Assembly: GCA_964035545.1 (NCBI GenBank) | Contig: OZ037766.1 | Coordinates: 17,943,081-18,007,080, forward strand | Length of the DNA: 64,000 bases | From: Bugula neritina | Taxonomy: Eukaryota > Animalia > Bryozoa | Direction of reading: 5' to 3' | Notes under the pieces: model-generated | What the model saw: the letters and a program-made list of their open reading frames with translations, nothing else | What the model was told of the DNA's origin: nothing | The model's database searches: none | In this document: positions 10,969 to 26,500 of the stretch, piece by piece | Numbering within the stretch: position 1 is the stretch's first letter | Layout: each line of letters begins with the position of its first letter | Position numbers and translations under genes: made by a program

Positions 10969-13900
10969 AGTATATTTCAGTAGTTTGCAACATATTTCAG
11001 TAGGTTACCAGATATTTCGGTATGTTGCAGCATATTTCAATGTGTTGCAGTGTATTTCAATATGTTACAGTGTATTTCAGTATGTTGCAGTATGTTGCAG
11101 TATGATGCAGTATGTTTCAGTGTATTTCTGTATGTTACAGTGTATTTCAGTATGTTGCAGTATATCTCAGTATGTTACTGTATATTTCAGTATGTTTCAG
11201 TATATTTCATTGTATTACAGTAAATTTCAGTATGTTACAGTGCATTTGCAGATATTACACTATACGTCAGTGAGTTTTAGTGTGTTTCAGTATGTTCCAG
11301 TATATTTAAGTATTTTGCAGTATTTTGCAATATATTTTAGTATGTTACAGTGTATTTCAGTACGTTGCAGTATATTTCAGTATGATACAATAAATTTCAG
11401 TGTGTTACAGTACATTTCTGCAAATTACACTATACTTCAGTGAGTTGTAGTATATTTCAGTATCTTGCAGTATATCTCAGTATGTTACAGTTTATTTCAG
11501 TATGCTCCAGTATATTTCAGCGTGTTTCAGTATATTTCAGCATGCCAAGGTGCATTTTTAGATTTTTCACTATACTTCAGTGAGTTTTAGTGTCTTTCAG
11601 TATGTTGCAGTATATTTCGATATCTTGCAAAATATTTCAATGTGCTGCAATGTATTTCAACATGTTACAGTGTATTTCAGTATGTTGCAGTATGTTGCAG
11701 TGTATTTCAGTATGTTACAGTGTATTTCAGTAGGTTTCAGTATCTTGCAGTATATTTCAGTATGTTGCAGTATATTTCAGTGGGTTACAGTATATTCCAG
11801 TATGTTCCAGTATGTTGCAGTATATTTCAGTATGTTGCAGTGTATTTCAGTATGTTACAGTGTATTTCAGTATGTTGCAGTATGTTGCAGTGTATTTCTG
11901 TATGTTACAGCGTATTTCTGTATGTTAGAGTGTATTTCAGTAGTTTGCAACATATTTCAGTAGGTTACCATATATTTTGGTATGTTGCAGCATATTTCAA
12001 TGTGTTGCAGTGTATTTTAATATGTTACAGTGTATTTCAGTATGTTGCAGTATGTTGCAGTGTATTTATGTATGTTACAGGGTATTTCAGTATGTTGCAG
12101 TATATTTCAGTATGTTACTGTATGTTTCAGTATGTTGCAGTATATCTCCGTGGGTTATAGTATATTTCAGTATGATACAGCGTATTTCAGTATGTTACAG
12201 TGTATTTCAGTATGTTGAAGTATTTTGCAATGCATTTCAGTATGTTACAGTGTATTTCAGTATGTTGCAGTATATTTCAGTATGTTACAATAAATTTCAG
12301 TATGTTACAGTACATTTCCTTAAATTACACCATACTTCAGTGAGTTGTAGTATATTTCAGTATCTTGCAGTATATCTCAGTATGTTACAGTATATTTCAG
12401 TATGTTACAGTATATTTCAGTGTGTTACAGTATGTTGAGTATATTTCAGTAGTTTGCAACATATTTCAGTAGGTTACCAGATATTTCGGTATGTTGCAGC
12501 ATATTTCAATGTGTTGCAGTGTATTTCAATATGTTACAGTGTATTTCAGTATGTTGCAGTATGTTGCAGTATGATGCAGTATGTTTCAGTGTATTTCTGT
12601 ATGTTACAGTGTATTTCAGTATGTTGCAGTATATCTGAGTATGTTACTGTATATTTCAGTATGTTTCAGTATATTTCATTGTATTACAGTAAACTTCAGT
12701 ATTTTACAGTGCATTTGCAGATATTACACTATACGTCAGTGAGTTTTAATGTGTTTCAGTATGGTCCAGTATATTTCAGTATGTTGCAGTATTTTGCAAT
12801 ATATTTTAGTATGTTACAGTGTATTTCAGTACGTTGCAGTATATTTCAGTATGATACAATAAATTTCAGTGTGTTACAGTACATTTCTGCAAATTACACT
12901 ATACTTCAGTGAGTTGTAGTATATTTCAGTATCTTGCAGTATATCTCAGTATGTTACAGTTTATTTCAGTATGCTCCAGTATATTTCAGCGTGTTTCAGT
13001 ATATTTCAGCATGCCAAGGTGCATTTTTAGTTTTTTCACTATACTTCAGTGAGTTTTAGAGTCTTTCAGTATGTTGCAGTATATTTCGATATCTTGCAAC
13101 TTATTTCAATGTGTTGCAATGTATTTCAACATGTTACAGTGTATTTCAGTATGTTGCAGTATGTTGCAGTGTATTTCAGTATGTTACAGTGTATTTCAGT
13201 AGGTTTCAGTATCTTGCAGTATATTTCAGTATGTTGCAGTATATTTCAGTGGGTTACAGTATATTCCAGTATGTTCCAGTATGTTGCAGTATATTTCAGT
13301 ATGTTGCAGTGTATTTCAGTATGTTACAGTGTATTTCAGTATGTTGCAGTATGTTGCAGTGTATTTCTGTATGTTACAGCGTATTTCTGTATGTTAGAGT
13401 GTATTTCAGTAGTTTGCAACATATTTCAGTAGGTTACCATATATTTTGGTATGTTGCAGCATATTTCAATGTGTTGCAGTGTATTTCAATATGTTACAGT
13501 GTATTTCAGTATGTTGCAGTATGTTGCAGTGTATTTATGTATGTTACAGGGTATTTCAGTATGTTGCAGTATATTTCAGTATGTTACTGTATGTTTCAGT
13601 ATGTTGCAGTATATCTCCGTGGGTTATAGTATATTTCAGTATGATACAGCGTATTTCAGTATGTTACAGTGTATTTCAGTATGTTGAAGTATTTTGCAAT
13701 GCATTTCAGTATGTTACAGTGTATTTCAGTATGTTGCAGTATATTTCAGTATGTTACAATAAATTTCAGTATGTTACAGTACATTTCCTTAAATTACACC
13801 ATACTTCAGTGAGTTGTAGTATATTTCAGTATCTTGCAGTATATCTCAGTATGTTACAGTATATTTCAGTATGTTACAGTATATTTCAGTGTGTTACAGT

Positions 13901-14865
13901 ATGTTGAGTATATTTCAGTAGTTTGCAACATATTTCAGTAGGTTACCAGATATTTCGGTATGTTGCAGCATATTTCAATGTGTTGCAGTGTATTTCAATA
14001 TGTTACAGTGTATTTCAGTATGTTGCAGTATGTTGCAGTATGATGCAGTATGTTTCAGTGTATTTCTGTATGTTACAGTGTATTTCAGTATGTTGCAGTA
14101 TATCTGAGTATGTTACTGTATATTTCAGTATGTTTCAGTATATTTCATTGTATTACAGTAAACTTCAGTATGTTACAGTGCATTTGCAGATATTACACTA
14201 TACGTCAGTGAGTTTTAATGTGTTTCAGTATGGTCCAGTATATTTCAGTATGTTGCAGTATTTTGCAATATATTTTAGTATGTTACAGTGTATTTCAGTA
14301 CGTTGCAGTATATTTCAGTATGATACAATAAATTTCAGTGTGTTACAGTACATTTCTGCAAATTACACTATACTTCAGTGAGTTGTAGTATATTTCAGTA
14401 TCTTGCAGTATATCTCAGTATGTTACAGTTTATTTCAGTATGCTCCAGTATATTTCAGCGTGTTTCAGTATATTTCAGCATGCCAAGGTGCATTTTTAGT
14501 TTTTTCACTATACTTCAGTGAGTTTTAGAGTCTTTCAGTATGTTGCAGTATATTTCGATATCTTGCAACTTATTTCAATGTGTTGCAATGTATTTCAACA
14601 TGTTACAGTGTATTTCAGTATGTTGCAGTATGTTGCAGTGTATTTCAGTATGTTACAGTGTATTTCAGTAGGTTTCAGTATCTTGCAGTATATTTCAGTA
14701 TGTTGCAGTATATTTCAGTGGGTTACAGTATATTCCAGTATGTTCCAGTATGTTGCAGTATATTTCAGTATGTTGCAGTGTATTTCAGTATGTTACAGTG
14801 TATTTCAGTATGTTGCAGTATGTTGCAGTGTATTTCTGTATGTTACAGCGTATTTCTGTATGTTG
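10969..14865 (+). repeat. Tandem higher-order repeat, period 1469 bp (about 2.6 copies)
   Basis: Offsets 10985/12454/13923, 11580/13049/14518 and 11977/13446. The same unit recurs at 17530/18999. Confidence 0.87.
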
Positions 14866-17800
14866 CTGGATATTTCAGTGGGTTATAGTATATTTCAGTC
14901 TGATACAGCGTATTTCAGTATGTTACAGTGTATTTCAGTATGTTGCAGTATTTTGCAATATATTTCAGTATGTTACAGCGTATTTCAGTATGTTGCAGTA
15001 TATTTCAGTATGTTACAATAAATTTCAGTATGTTACAGTACATTTCCGCAAATTACACTATACTTCAGTGAGTTGTAGTATATTTCAGTATCTTGCAGTG
15101 TATCTCAGTATGTTACTGTATATTTCAGTATGTTACAGTATATTTCAGTGTGTTACAGTAAATTTCAGTATGTTACAGTGCATTTGCAGATATTACACTA
15201 TACTTCAGTGAGTTTTAGTGTCTTTCAGTATGTTGCAGTATATTTCAGTATGTTGCAGTATTTTGCAATACATTTTAGTATGTTACAGTGTATTTCAGTA
15301 TGTTACAGTATGTTTCAGTATGTTGCAGTATATTTCCGTGGGTTATAGTATATTTCAGTATGATACAGCGTATTTCAGTATGTTACAGTGTATTTCAGTA
15401 TGTTGCGGTATTTTGCAATGCATTTCAGTATGTTCCAGTATGTTGCAGTATATTTCAGTATGTTGCAGCGTATTTCTGTATGTTACAGTGTATTTCTGTA
15501 TGTTACAGGGTATTTCAGTATGATACAGCGTATTTCAGTATGTAACAGTATATTTCAGTGTGTTACAGTATGTTGAGTATATTTCAGTAGTTTGCAACAT
15601 ATTTCAGTAGGTTACCAGATATTTCGGTATGTTGCAGCATATTTCAATGTGTTACAGTGTATTTCAGTATGTTGCAATATATTTCAGTATGATACAATAA
15701 ATTCCAGTATGTTACAGTACATTTCCATAAATTACACTATACTTCAGTGAGTTGTAGTACATTTTGGTATCTTGCAGTATATCTCAGTATGTTACAGTAT
15801 AGTTCAGTATGTTGCAGTATATTTCAGCGTGTTTCAGTATATTTCAGTATGTCACAGTGCATTTCCAGATATTACACTATACTTCAGTGAGTTTTAGTGT
15901 TTTTCAGTATGTTGCAGTATGTTGCAGTGTATTTCAGTATGTTACAGTGTATTTCAGTAGGTTTCAGTGTCTTGCAGTATAATCCAGCATGTTGCAGTAT
16001 ATTTCAGGATGTTGCAGTATGTTTCAGTATGTTACAGTATTTTGCAGTATTTTGCAGTATAGTTCAGTGTGTTACAGTATATTTCATTATGTTGCAGTAT
16101 GTTGCAGTATATTTCAGTAGTTTGCAACATATTTCAGTAGGTTACCATATATTTCGGTATGTTGCAGCATATTTCAATGTGTTGCAGTGTATTTCAATAT
16201 GTTACAGTGTATTTCAGCATGTTGCAGTATGTTGCAGTATGCTGCAGTATGTTGCAGTCTATTTCTGTATGTTACAGTGTATTTCAGTATGTTGCAGTAT
16301 ATTTCAGTATGTTACAGTATATTTCAGTATGTTGCAGTATATTTCAGTGGGTTATAGTATATTTCAGTATGATACGGCGTCTTTCAGTATGTTACAGTGT
16401 ATTTCAGTATGTTGCAGTATTTTGCAATATGTTTCAGTATGTTACAGTGTATTTCAGTATGTTGCAGTATATTTCAGTATGTTGCAGTATATTTCAGTGG
16501 GTTATAGTATGTTTCAGTATGATACAGCGTATTTCAGTATGTTACAGTGTATTTCAGTATGTTACAGTATGTTTCAGTATGTTGCAGTATATTTCCGTGG
16601 GTTATAGTATATTTCAGTATGATACAGCGTATTTCAGTATGTTACAGTGTATTTCAGTATGTTGCGGTATTTTGCAATGCATTTCAGTATGTTACAGTGT
16701 ATTTCAGTATGTTGCAGTATATTTCAGTATGTTACAATAAATTTCAGTATGTTACAGTACATTTCCGTAAATTATACCATGCTTCAGTGAGTTGTAGTAT
16801 ATTTCAGTATCTTGCAGCATATCTCAGTATGTTACAGTATATTTCAGTATGTTACAGTATATTTCAGTGTGTTACAGTATGTTGAGTATATTTCAGTAGT
16901 TTGCAACATATTTCAGTAGGTTACCAGATATTTCGGTATGTTGCAGCATATTTCTATGTGTTGCAGTGTATTTCAATATGTTACAGTGTATTTCAGTATG
17001 TTGCAGTATGTTGCAGTCTGATGCAGTATGTTGCAGTGTATTTCTGATTGTTACAGTGTATTTCAGTATGTTGCAGTATATTTCAGTATGTTACAGTATG
17101 TTTCAGTATGTTGTAGTATACTTCAGTGGGTTATAGTATATTTCAGTATGATACAGCGTATTTCAGTATGTTACAGTGTATTTCAGTATGTTACAGTATG
17201 TTTCAGTATGTTGCAATATATTTCCGTGGGTTATAGTATATTTCAGTATGATACAGCGTATTTCAGTATGTTACAGTGTATTTCAGCATGTTGCAGTATT
17301 TTGCAATGCATTTCAGTATGTTACAGTGTATTTCAGTATGTTGCAGTATATTTCAGTATGTTACAATAAATTTCAGTGTGTTACAGTACATTTCCTTAAA
17401 TTACACCATACTTCAGTGAGTTGTAGTATATTTCAGTATCTTGCAGTATATCTCAGTATGTTACAGTATATTTCAGTATGTTACAGTATATTTCAGTGTG
17501 TTACAGTATGTTAAGTATATTTCAGTAGTTTGCAACATATTTCAGTAGGTTACCAGATATTTCGGTATGTTGCAGCATATTTCAATGTGTTGCAGTGTAT
17601 TTCAATATGTTACAGTGTATTTCAGTATGTTGCAGTATGTTGCAGTATGATGCAGTATGTTTCAGTGTATTTCTGTATGTTACAGTGTATTTCAGTATGT
17701 TGCAGTATATCTCAGTATGTTACTGTATATTTCAGTATGTTTCAGTATATTTCATTGTATTACAGTAAATTTCAGTATGTTACAGTGCATTTGCAGATAT

Positions 17801-20800
17801 TACACTATACGTCAGTGAGTTTTAGTGTGTTTCAGTATGTTCCAGTATATTTAAGTATTTTGCAGTATTTTGCAATATATTTTAGTATGTTACAGTGTAT
17901 TTCAGTACGTTGCAGTATATTTCAGTATGATACAATAAATTTCAGTGTGTTACAGTACATTTCTGCAAATTACACTATACTTCAGTGAGTTGTAGTATAT
18001 TTCAGTATCTTGCAGTATATCTCAGTATGTTACAGTTTATTTCAGTATGCTCCAGTATATTTCAGCGTGTTTCAGTATATTTCAGCATGCCAAGGTGCAT
18101 TTTTAGATTTTTCACTATACTTCAGTGAGTTTTAGTGTCTTTCAGTATGTTGCAGTATATTTCGATATCTTGCAACTTATTTCAATGTGTTGCAATGTAT
18201 TTCAACATGTTACAGTGTATTTCAGTATGTTGCAGTATGTTGCAGTGTATTTCAGTATGTTACAGTGTATTTCAGTAGGTTTCAGTATCTTGCAGTATAT
18301 TTCAGTATCTTGCAGTATATTTCAGTGGGTTACAGTATATTCCAGTATGTTCCAGTATGTTGCAGTATATTTCAGTATGTTGCAGTGTATTTCAGTATGT
18401 TACAGTGTATTTCAGTATGTTGCAGTATGTTGCAGTGTATTTCTGTATGTTACAGCGTATTTCTGCATGTTAGAGTGTATTTCAGTAGTTTGCAACATAT
18501 TTCAGTAGGTTACCATATATTTTGGTATGTTGCAGCATATTTCAATGTGTTGCAGTGTATTTCAATATGTTACAGTGTATTTCAGTATGTTGCAGTATGT
18601 TGCAGTGTATTTATGTATGTTACAGGGTATTTCAGTATGTTGCAGTATATTTCAGTATGTTACTGTATGTTTCAGTATGTTGCAGTATATCTCCGTGGGT
18701 TATAGTATATTTCAGTATGATACAGCGTATTTCAGTATGTTACAGTGTATTTCAGTATGTTGAAGTATTTTGCAATGCATTTCAGTATGTTACAGTGTAT
18801 TTCAGTATGTTGCAGTATATTTCAGTATGTTACAATAAATTTCAGTATGTTACAGTACATTTCCTTAAATTACACCATACTTCAGTGAGTTGTAGTATAT
18901 TTCAGTATGTTGCAGTATATCTCAGTATGTTACAGTATATTTCAGTATGTTACAGTATATTTCAGTGTGTTACAGTATGTTGAGTATATTTCAGTAGTTT
19001 GCAACATATTTCAGTAGGTTACCAGATATTTCGGTATGTTGCAGCATATTTCAATGTGTTGCAGTGTATTTCAAAATGTTACAGTGTATTTCAGTGTGTT
19101 GCAGTATGTTGCAGTATGATGCAGTATGTTTCAGTGTATTTCTGTATGTTACAGTGTATTTCAGTATGTTGCAGTATATCTCAGTATGTTACTGTATATT
19201 TCAGTATGTTTCAGTATATTTCATTGTATTACAGTAAATTTCAGTATGTTACAGTGCATTTGCAGATATTACACTATACGTCAGTGAGTTTTAATGTGTT
19301 TCAGTATGGTCCAGTATATTTCAGTATGTTGCAGTATTTTGCAATATATTTTAGTATGTTACAGTGTATTTCAGTACGTTGCAGTATATTTCAGTATGAT
19401 ACAATAAATTTCAGTGTGTTACAGTACATTTCTGCAAATTACACTATACTTCAGTGAGTTGTAGTATATTTCAGTATCTTGCAGTATATCTCAGTATGTT
19501 ACAGTTTATTTCAGTATGCTCCAGTATATTTCAGCGTGTTTCAGTATATTTCAGCATGCCAAGGTGCATTTTTAGATTTTTCATTATACTTCAGTGAGTT
19601 TTAGAGTCTTTCAGTATGTTGCAGTATATTTCGATATCTTGCAACTTATTTCAATGTGTTGCAATGTATTTCAACATGTTACAGTGTACTTCAGTATGTT
19701 GCAGTATGTTGCAGTGTATTTCAGTATGTTACAGTGTATTTCAGTAGGTTTCAGTATCTTGCAGTATATTTCAGTATGTTGCAGTATATTTCAGTGGGTT
19801 ACAGTATATTCCAGTATGTTCCAGTATGTTGCAGTATATTTCAGTATGTTGCAGTGTATTTCAGTATGTTACAGTGTATTTCAGTATGTTGCAGTATGTT
19901 GCAGTGTATTTCTGTATGTTACAGCGTATTTCTGTATGTTGCTGTATATTTCAGTGGGTTATAGTATATTTCAGTCTGATACAGCGTATTTCAGTATGTT
20001 ACAGTGTATTTCAGTATGTTGCAGTATTTTGCAATATATTTCAGTATGTTACAGCGTATTTCAGTATGTTGCAGTATATTTCAGTATGTTACAATAAATT
20101 TCAGTATGTTACAGTACATTTCCGCAAATTACACTATACTTCAGTGAGTTGTAGTATATTTCAGTATCTTGCAGTATATCTCAGTATGTTACTGTATATT
20201 TCAGTATGTTACAGTATATTTCAGTGTGTTACAGTAAATTTCAGTATGTTACAGTGCATTTGCAGATATTACACTATACTTCAGTGAGTTTTAGTGTCTT
20301 TCAGTATGTTGCAGTATATTTCAGTATGTTGCAGTATTTTGCAATACATTTTAGTATGTTACAGTGTATTTCAGTATGTTACAGTATGTTTCAGTATGTT
20401 GCAGTATATTTCCGTGGGTTATAGTATATTTCAGTATGATACAGCGTATTTCAGTATGTTACAGTGTATTTCAGTATGTTGCGGTATTTTGCAATGCATT
20501 TCAGTATGTTACAGTGTATTTCAGTATGTTGCAGTATATTTCAGTATGTTACAATAAATTTCAGTATGTTACAGTACATTTCCGTAAATTATACCATGCT
20601 TCAGTGAGTTGTAGTATATTTCAGTATCTTGAAGCATATCTCAGTATGTTACAGTATATTTCAGTATGTTACAGTATATTTCAGTGTGTTACAGTATGTT
20701 GAGTATATTTCAGTAGTTTGCAACATATTTCAGTAGGTTACCAGATATTTCGGTATGTTGCAGCATATTTCAATGTGTTGCAGTGTACTTCAATATGTTA

Positions 20801-23514
20801 CAGTGTATTTCAGTATGTTGCAGTATGTTGCAGTCTGATGCAGTATGTTGCAGTGTATTTCTGATTGTTACAGTGTATTTCAGTATGTTGCAGTATATTT
20901 CAGTATGTTACAGTATGTTTCAGTATGTTGCAGTATACTTCAGTGGGTTATAGTATATTTCAGTATGATACAGCGTATTTCAGTATGTTACAGTGTATTT
21001 CAGTATGTTACAGTATGTTTCAGTATGTTGCAATATATTTCCGTGGGTTATAGTATATTTCAGTATGATACAGCGTATTTCAGTATGTTACAGTGTATTT
21101 CAGTATGTTGCGGTATTTTGCAGTATGCTGCAGTATGTTGCAGTGTATTTCTGTATGTTACAGTGTATTTCAGTATGTTGCAGTATATTTCAGTATGTTA
21201 CAGTATATTTCAGTATGTTGCAGTATATTTCAGTGGGTTATAGTATATTTCAGTATGATACGGCGTCTTTCAGTATGTTACAGTGTATTTCAGTATGTTG
21301 CAGTATTTTGCAATATGTTTCAGTATGTTACAGTGTATTTCAGTATGTTGCAGTATATTTCAGTATGTTGCAGTATATTTCAGTGGGTTATAGTATATTT
21401 CAGTATGATACAGCGTATTTCAGTATGTTACAGTGTATTTCAGTATGTTACAGTATGTTTCAGTATGTTGCAGTATATTTCCGTGGGTTATAGTATATTT
21501 CAGTATGATACAGCGTATTTCAGTATGTTACAGTGTATTTCAGTATGTTGCGGTATTTTGCAATGCATTTCAGTATGTTACAGTGTATTTCAGTATGTTG
21601 CAGTATATTTCAGTATGTTACAATAAATTCCAGTATGTTACAGTACATTTCCGTAAATTATACCATGCTTCAGTGAGTTGTAGTATATTTCAGTATCTTG
21701 CAGCATATCTCAGTATGTTACAGTATATTTCAGTATGTTACAGTATATTTCAGTGTGTTACAGTATGTTGAGTATATTTCAGTAGTTTGCAACATATTTC
21801 AGTAGGTTACCAGATATTTCGGTATGTTGCAGCATATTTCAATGTGTTGCAGTGTATTTCAATATGTTACAGTGTATTTCAGTATGTTGCAGTATGTTGC
21901 AGTCTGATGCAGTATGTTGCAGTGTATTTCTGATTGTTACAGTGTATTTCAGTATGTTGCAGTATATTTCAGTATGTTACAGTATGTTTCAGTATGTTGC
22001 AGTATACTTCAGTGGGTTATAGTATATTTCAGTATGATACAGCGTATTTCAGTATGTTACAGTGTATTTCAGTATGTTACAGTATGTTTCAGTATGTTGC
22101 AATATATTTCCGTGGGTTATAGTATATTTCAGTATGATACAGCGTATTTCAGTATGTTACAGTGTATTTCAGTATGATGCAGTATTTTGCAATGCATTTC
22201 AGTATGTTACAGTGTATTTCAGTATGTTGCTGTATATTTCAGTGGGTTAAAGTATATTTCAGTCTGATACAGCGTATTTCAGTATGTTACAGTGTATTTC
22301 AGTATGTTGCAGTATTTTGCAATATATTTCAGTATGTTACAGCGTATTTCAGTATGTTGCAGTATATTTCAGTATGTTACAATAAATTTCAGTATGTTAC
22401 AGTACATTTCCGTAAATTACACTATACTTCAGTGAGTTGTAGTATATTTCAGTATCTTGCAGTATATCTCAGTATGTTACTGTATATTTCAGTATGTTAC
22501 AGTATATTTCAGTGTGTTACAGTAAATTTCAGTATGTTACAGTGCATTTGCAGATATTACACTATACTTCAGTGAGTTTTAGTGTCTTTCAGTATGTTGC
22601 AGTATATTTCAGTATGTTGCAGTATTTTGCAATACATTTTAGTATGTTACAGTGTATTTCAGTATGTTACAGTATGTTTCAGTATGTTGCAGTATATTTC
22701 CGTGGGTTATAGTATATTTCAGTATGATACAGCGTATTTCAGTATGTTACAGTGTATTTCAGTATGTTGCGGTATTTTGCAATGCATTTTAGTATGTTAC
22801 AGTGTATTTCAGTATGTTGCAGTATATTTCAGTATGTTACAATAAATTTCAGTATGTTACAGTACATTTCCGTAAATTATACCATGCTTCAGTGAGTTGT
22901 AGTATATTTCAGTATCTTGAAGCATATCTCAGTATGTTACAGTATATTTCAGTATGTTACAGTATATTTCAGTGTGTTACAGTATGTTGAGTATATTTCA
23001 GTAGTTTGCAACATATTTCAGTAGGTTACCAGATATTTCGGTATGTTGCAGCATATTTCAATGTGTTGCAGTGTATTTCAATATGTTACAGTGTATTTCA
23101 GTATGTTGCAGTATGTTGCAGTCTGATGCAGTATGTTGCAGTGTATTTCTGATTGTTACAGTGTATTTCAGTATGTTGCAGTATATTTCAGTATGTTACA
23201 GTATGTTTCAGTATGTTGCAGTATACTTCAGTGGGTTATAGTATATTTCAGTATGATACAGCGTATTTCAGTATGTTACAGTGTATTTCAGTATGTTACA
23301 GTATGTTTCAGTATGTTGCAATATATTTCCGTGGGTTATAGTATATTTCAGTATGTTACAGTGTATTTCAGTATGTTGCAGTATTTTGCAATGCATTTCA
23401 GTATGTTACAGTGTATTTCAGTATGTTGCAGTATATTTCAGTATGTTACAATAAATTTCAGTGTGTTACAGTACATTTCCTTAAATTACACCATACTTCA
23501 GTGAGTTGTAGTAT

Positions 23515-26500
23515 ATTTCAGTATCTTGCAGTATATCTCAGTATGTTACAGTATATTTCAGTATGTTACAGTATATTTCAGTGTGTTACAGTATGTTGAG
23601 TATATTTCAGTAGTTTGCAACATATTTCAGTAGGTTACCAGATATTTCGGTATGTTGCAGCATATTTCAATGTGTTGCAGTGTATTTAAATATGTTACAG
23701 TGTATTTCAGTATGTTGCAGTATGTTGCAGTATGATGCAGTATGTTTCAGTGTATTTCTGTATGTTACAGTGTATTTCAGTATGTTGCAGTATATTTCAG
23801 TATGTTACAGTATGTTTCAGTATGTTGCAGTATATTTCAGTGGGTTATAGTATATTTCAGTATGATACAGCGTATTTCAGTATGTTACAGTGTATTTCAG
23901 TATGTTGCAGCGTTTTGCAATATATTTCAATATGTTACAGCGTATTTCAGTATGTTGCAGTATATTTCAGTATGTTACAATAAATTTCAGTATGTTACAG
24001 TACATTTCCGTAAATTACACCATACTTCAGTGAGTTGTAGTATATTTCAGTATCTTGCAGTATACCTCAGTATGTTACTGTATATTTCAGTATGTTACAG
24101 TATATTTCAGTGTGTTACAGTAAATTTCAGTATGTTACAGTGCATTTGCAGATATTACACTATACTTCAGTGAGTTTTTGTGTCTTTCAGTATGTTCCAG
24201 TATATTTAAGTATGTTGCAGTATTTTGCAATATATTTTAGTATGTTACAGTGTATTTCAGTACGTTGCAGTATATCTCAGTATGATACAATAAATTTCAG
24301 TGTGTTACAGTACATTTCTGCAAATTACACTATACTTCAGTGAGTTGTAGTATATTTCAGTATCTTGCAGTATATCTCAGTATGTTACAGTTTATTTCAG
24401 TATGTTCCAGTATATTTCAGCGTGTTGCAGTATATTTCAGCATGCCACAGTACATTTTTAGATTTTTCACTATACTTCAGTGAGTTTTAGTGTCTTTCAG
24501 TATGTTGCAGTATAATTCGGTATCTTGCAACTTATTTCAATGTGTTGCAATGTATTTCAATATGTTACAGTGTATTTAAGTATGTTGCAGTATGTTGCAG
24601 TGTATTTCAGTATGTTACAGTGTATTTCAGTAGGTTTCAGTATCTTGCAGTATATTTCAGTATGTTGCAGTATATTTCAGTGGGTTACAGTATATTCCAG
24701 TATGTTCCAGTATGTTGCAGTGTATTTCAGTATGTTACAGTGTATTTCAGTATGTTGCAGTATGTTGCAGTGTATTTCTGTATGTTACAGCGTATTTCTG
24801 TACGTTACAGTGTATTTCAGTAGTTTGCAACATATTTCAGTAGGTTACCATATATTTCGGTATGTTGCAGCATATTTCAATGTGTTGCAGTGTATTTCAA
24901 TATGTTACAGTGTATTTCAGTATGTTGCAGTATGTTGCAGTGTATTTCTGTATGTTACAGGGTATTTCAGTATGTTGCAGTGTCTTTCAGTATGTTGCAG
25001 TATATTTCAGTATGTTACAGTATGTTTCAGTATGTTGCAGTATATTTCAGTGAGTTATAGTATATTTCAGTATGATACAGCGTATTTCAGTATGTAACAG
25101 TATATTTCAGTGTGTTACAGTATGTTGAGTATATTTCAGTAGTTTGCAACATATTTCAGTAGGTTACCAGATATTTCGGTATGTTGCAGCATATTTCAAT
25201 GTGTTACAGTGTATTTCAGTATGTTGCAATATATTTCAGTATGATACAATAAATTCCAGTATGTTACAGTACATTTCCATAAATTACACTATACTTCAGT
25301 GAGTTGTAGTGCATTTTGGTATCTTGCAGTATATCTCAGTATGTTACAGTATAGTTCAGTATGTTGCAGTATATTTCAGCGTGTTTCAGTATATTTCAGT
25401 ATGTCACAGTGCATTTCCAGATATTACACTATACTTCAGTGAGTTTTAGTGTTTTTCAGTATGTTGCAGTATGTTGCAGTGTATTTCAGTATGTTACAGT
25501 GTATTTCAGTAGGTTTCAGTGTCTTGCAGTATAATTCAGCATGTTGCAGTATATTTCAGGATGTTGCAGTATGTTTCAGTATGTTACAGTATTTTGCAGT
25601 ATTTTGCAGTATAGTTCAGTGTGTTACAGTATATTTCATTATGTTGCAGTATGTTGCAGTATATTTCAGTAGTTTGCAACATATTTCAGTAGGTTACCAT
25701 ATATTTCGGTATGTTGCAGCATATTTCAATGTGTTGCAGTGTATTTCAATATGTTACAGTGTATTTCAGCATGTTGCAGTATGTTGCAGTATGCTGCAGT
25801 ATGTTGCAGTGTATTTCTGTATGTTACCGTGTATTTCAGTATGTTGCAGTATATTTCAGTATGTTACAGTATATTTCAGTATGTTGCAGTATATTTCAGT
25901 GGGTTATAGTATATTTCAGTATGATACGGCGTCTTTCAGTATGTTACAGTGTATTTCAGTATGTTGCAGTATTTTGCAACATGTTTCAGGATGTTACAGT
26001 GTATTTCAGTATGTTGCAGTATATTTCAGTATGTTGCAGTATATTTCAGTGGGTTATAGTATATTTCAGTATGATACAGCGTATTTCAGTATGTTACAGT
26101 GTATTTCAGTATGTTACAGTATGTTTCAGTATGTTGCAGTATATTTCCGTGGGTTATAGTATATTTCAGTATGATACAGCGTATTTCAGTATGTTACAGT
26201 GTATTTCAGTATGTTGCGGTATTTTGCAATGCATTTCAGTATGTTACAGTGTATTTCAGTATGTTGCAGTATATTTCAGTATGTTACAATAAATTTCAGT
26301 ATGTTACAGTACATTTCCGTAAATTATACCATGCTTCAGTGAGTTGTAGTATATTTCAGTATCTTGCAGCATATCTCAGTATGTTACAGTATATTTCAGT
26401 ATGTTACAGTATATTTCAGTGTGTTACAGTATGTTGAGTATATTTCAGTAGTTTGCAACATATTTCAGTAGGTTACCAGATATTTCGGTATGTTGCAGCA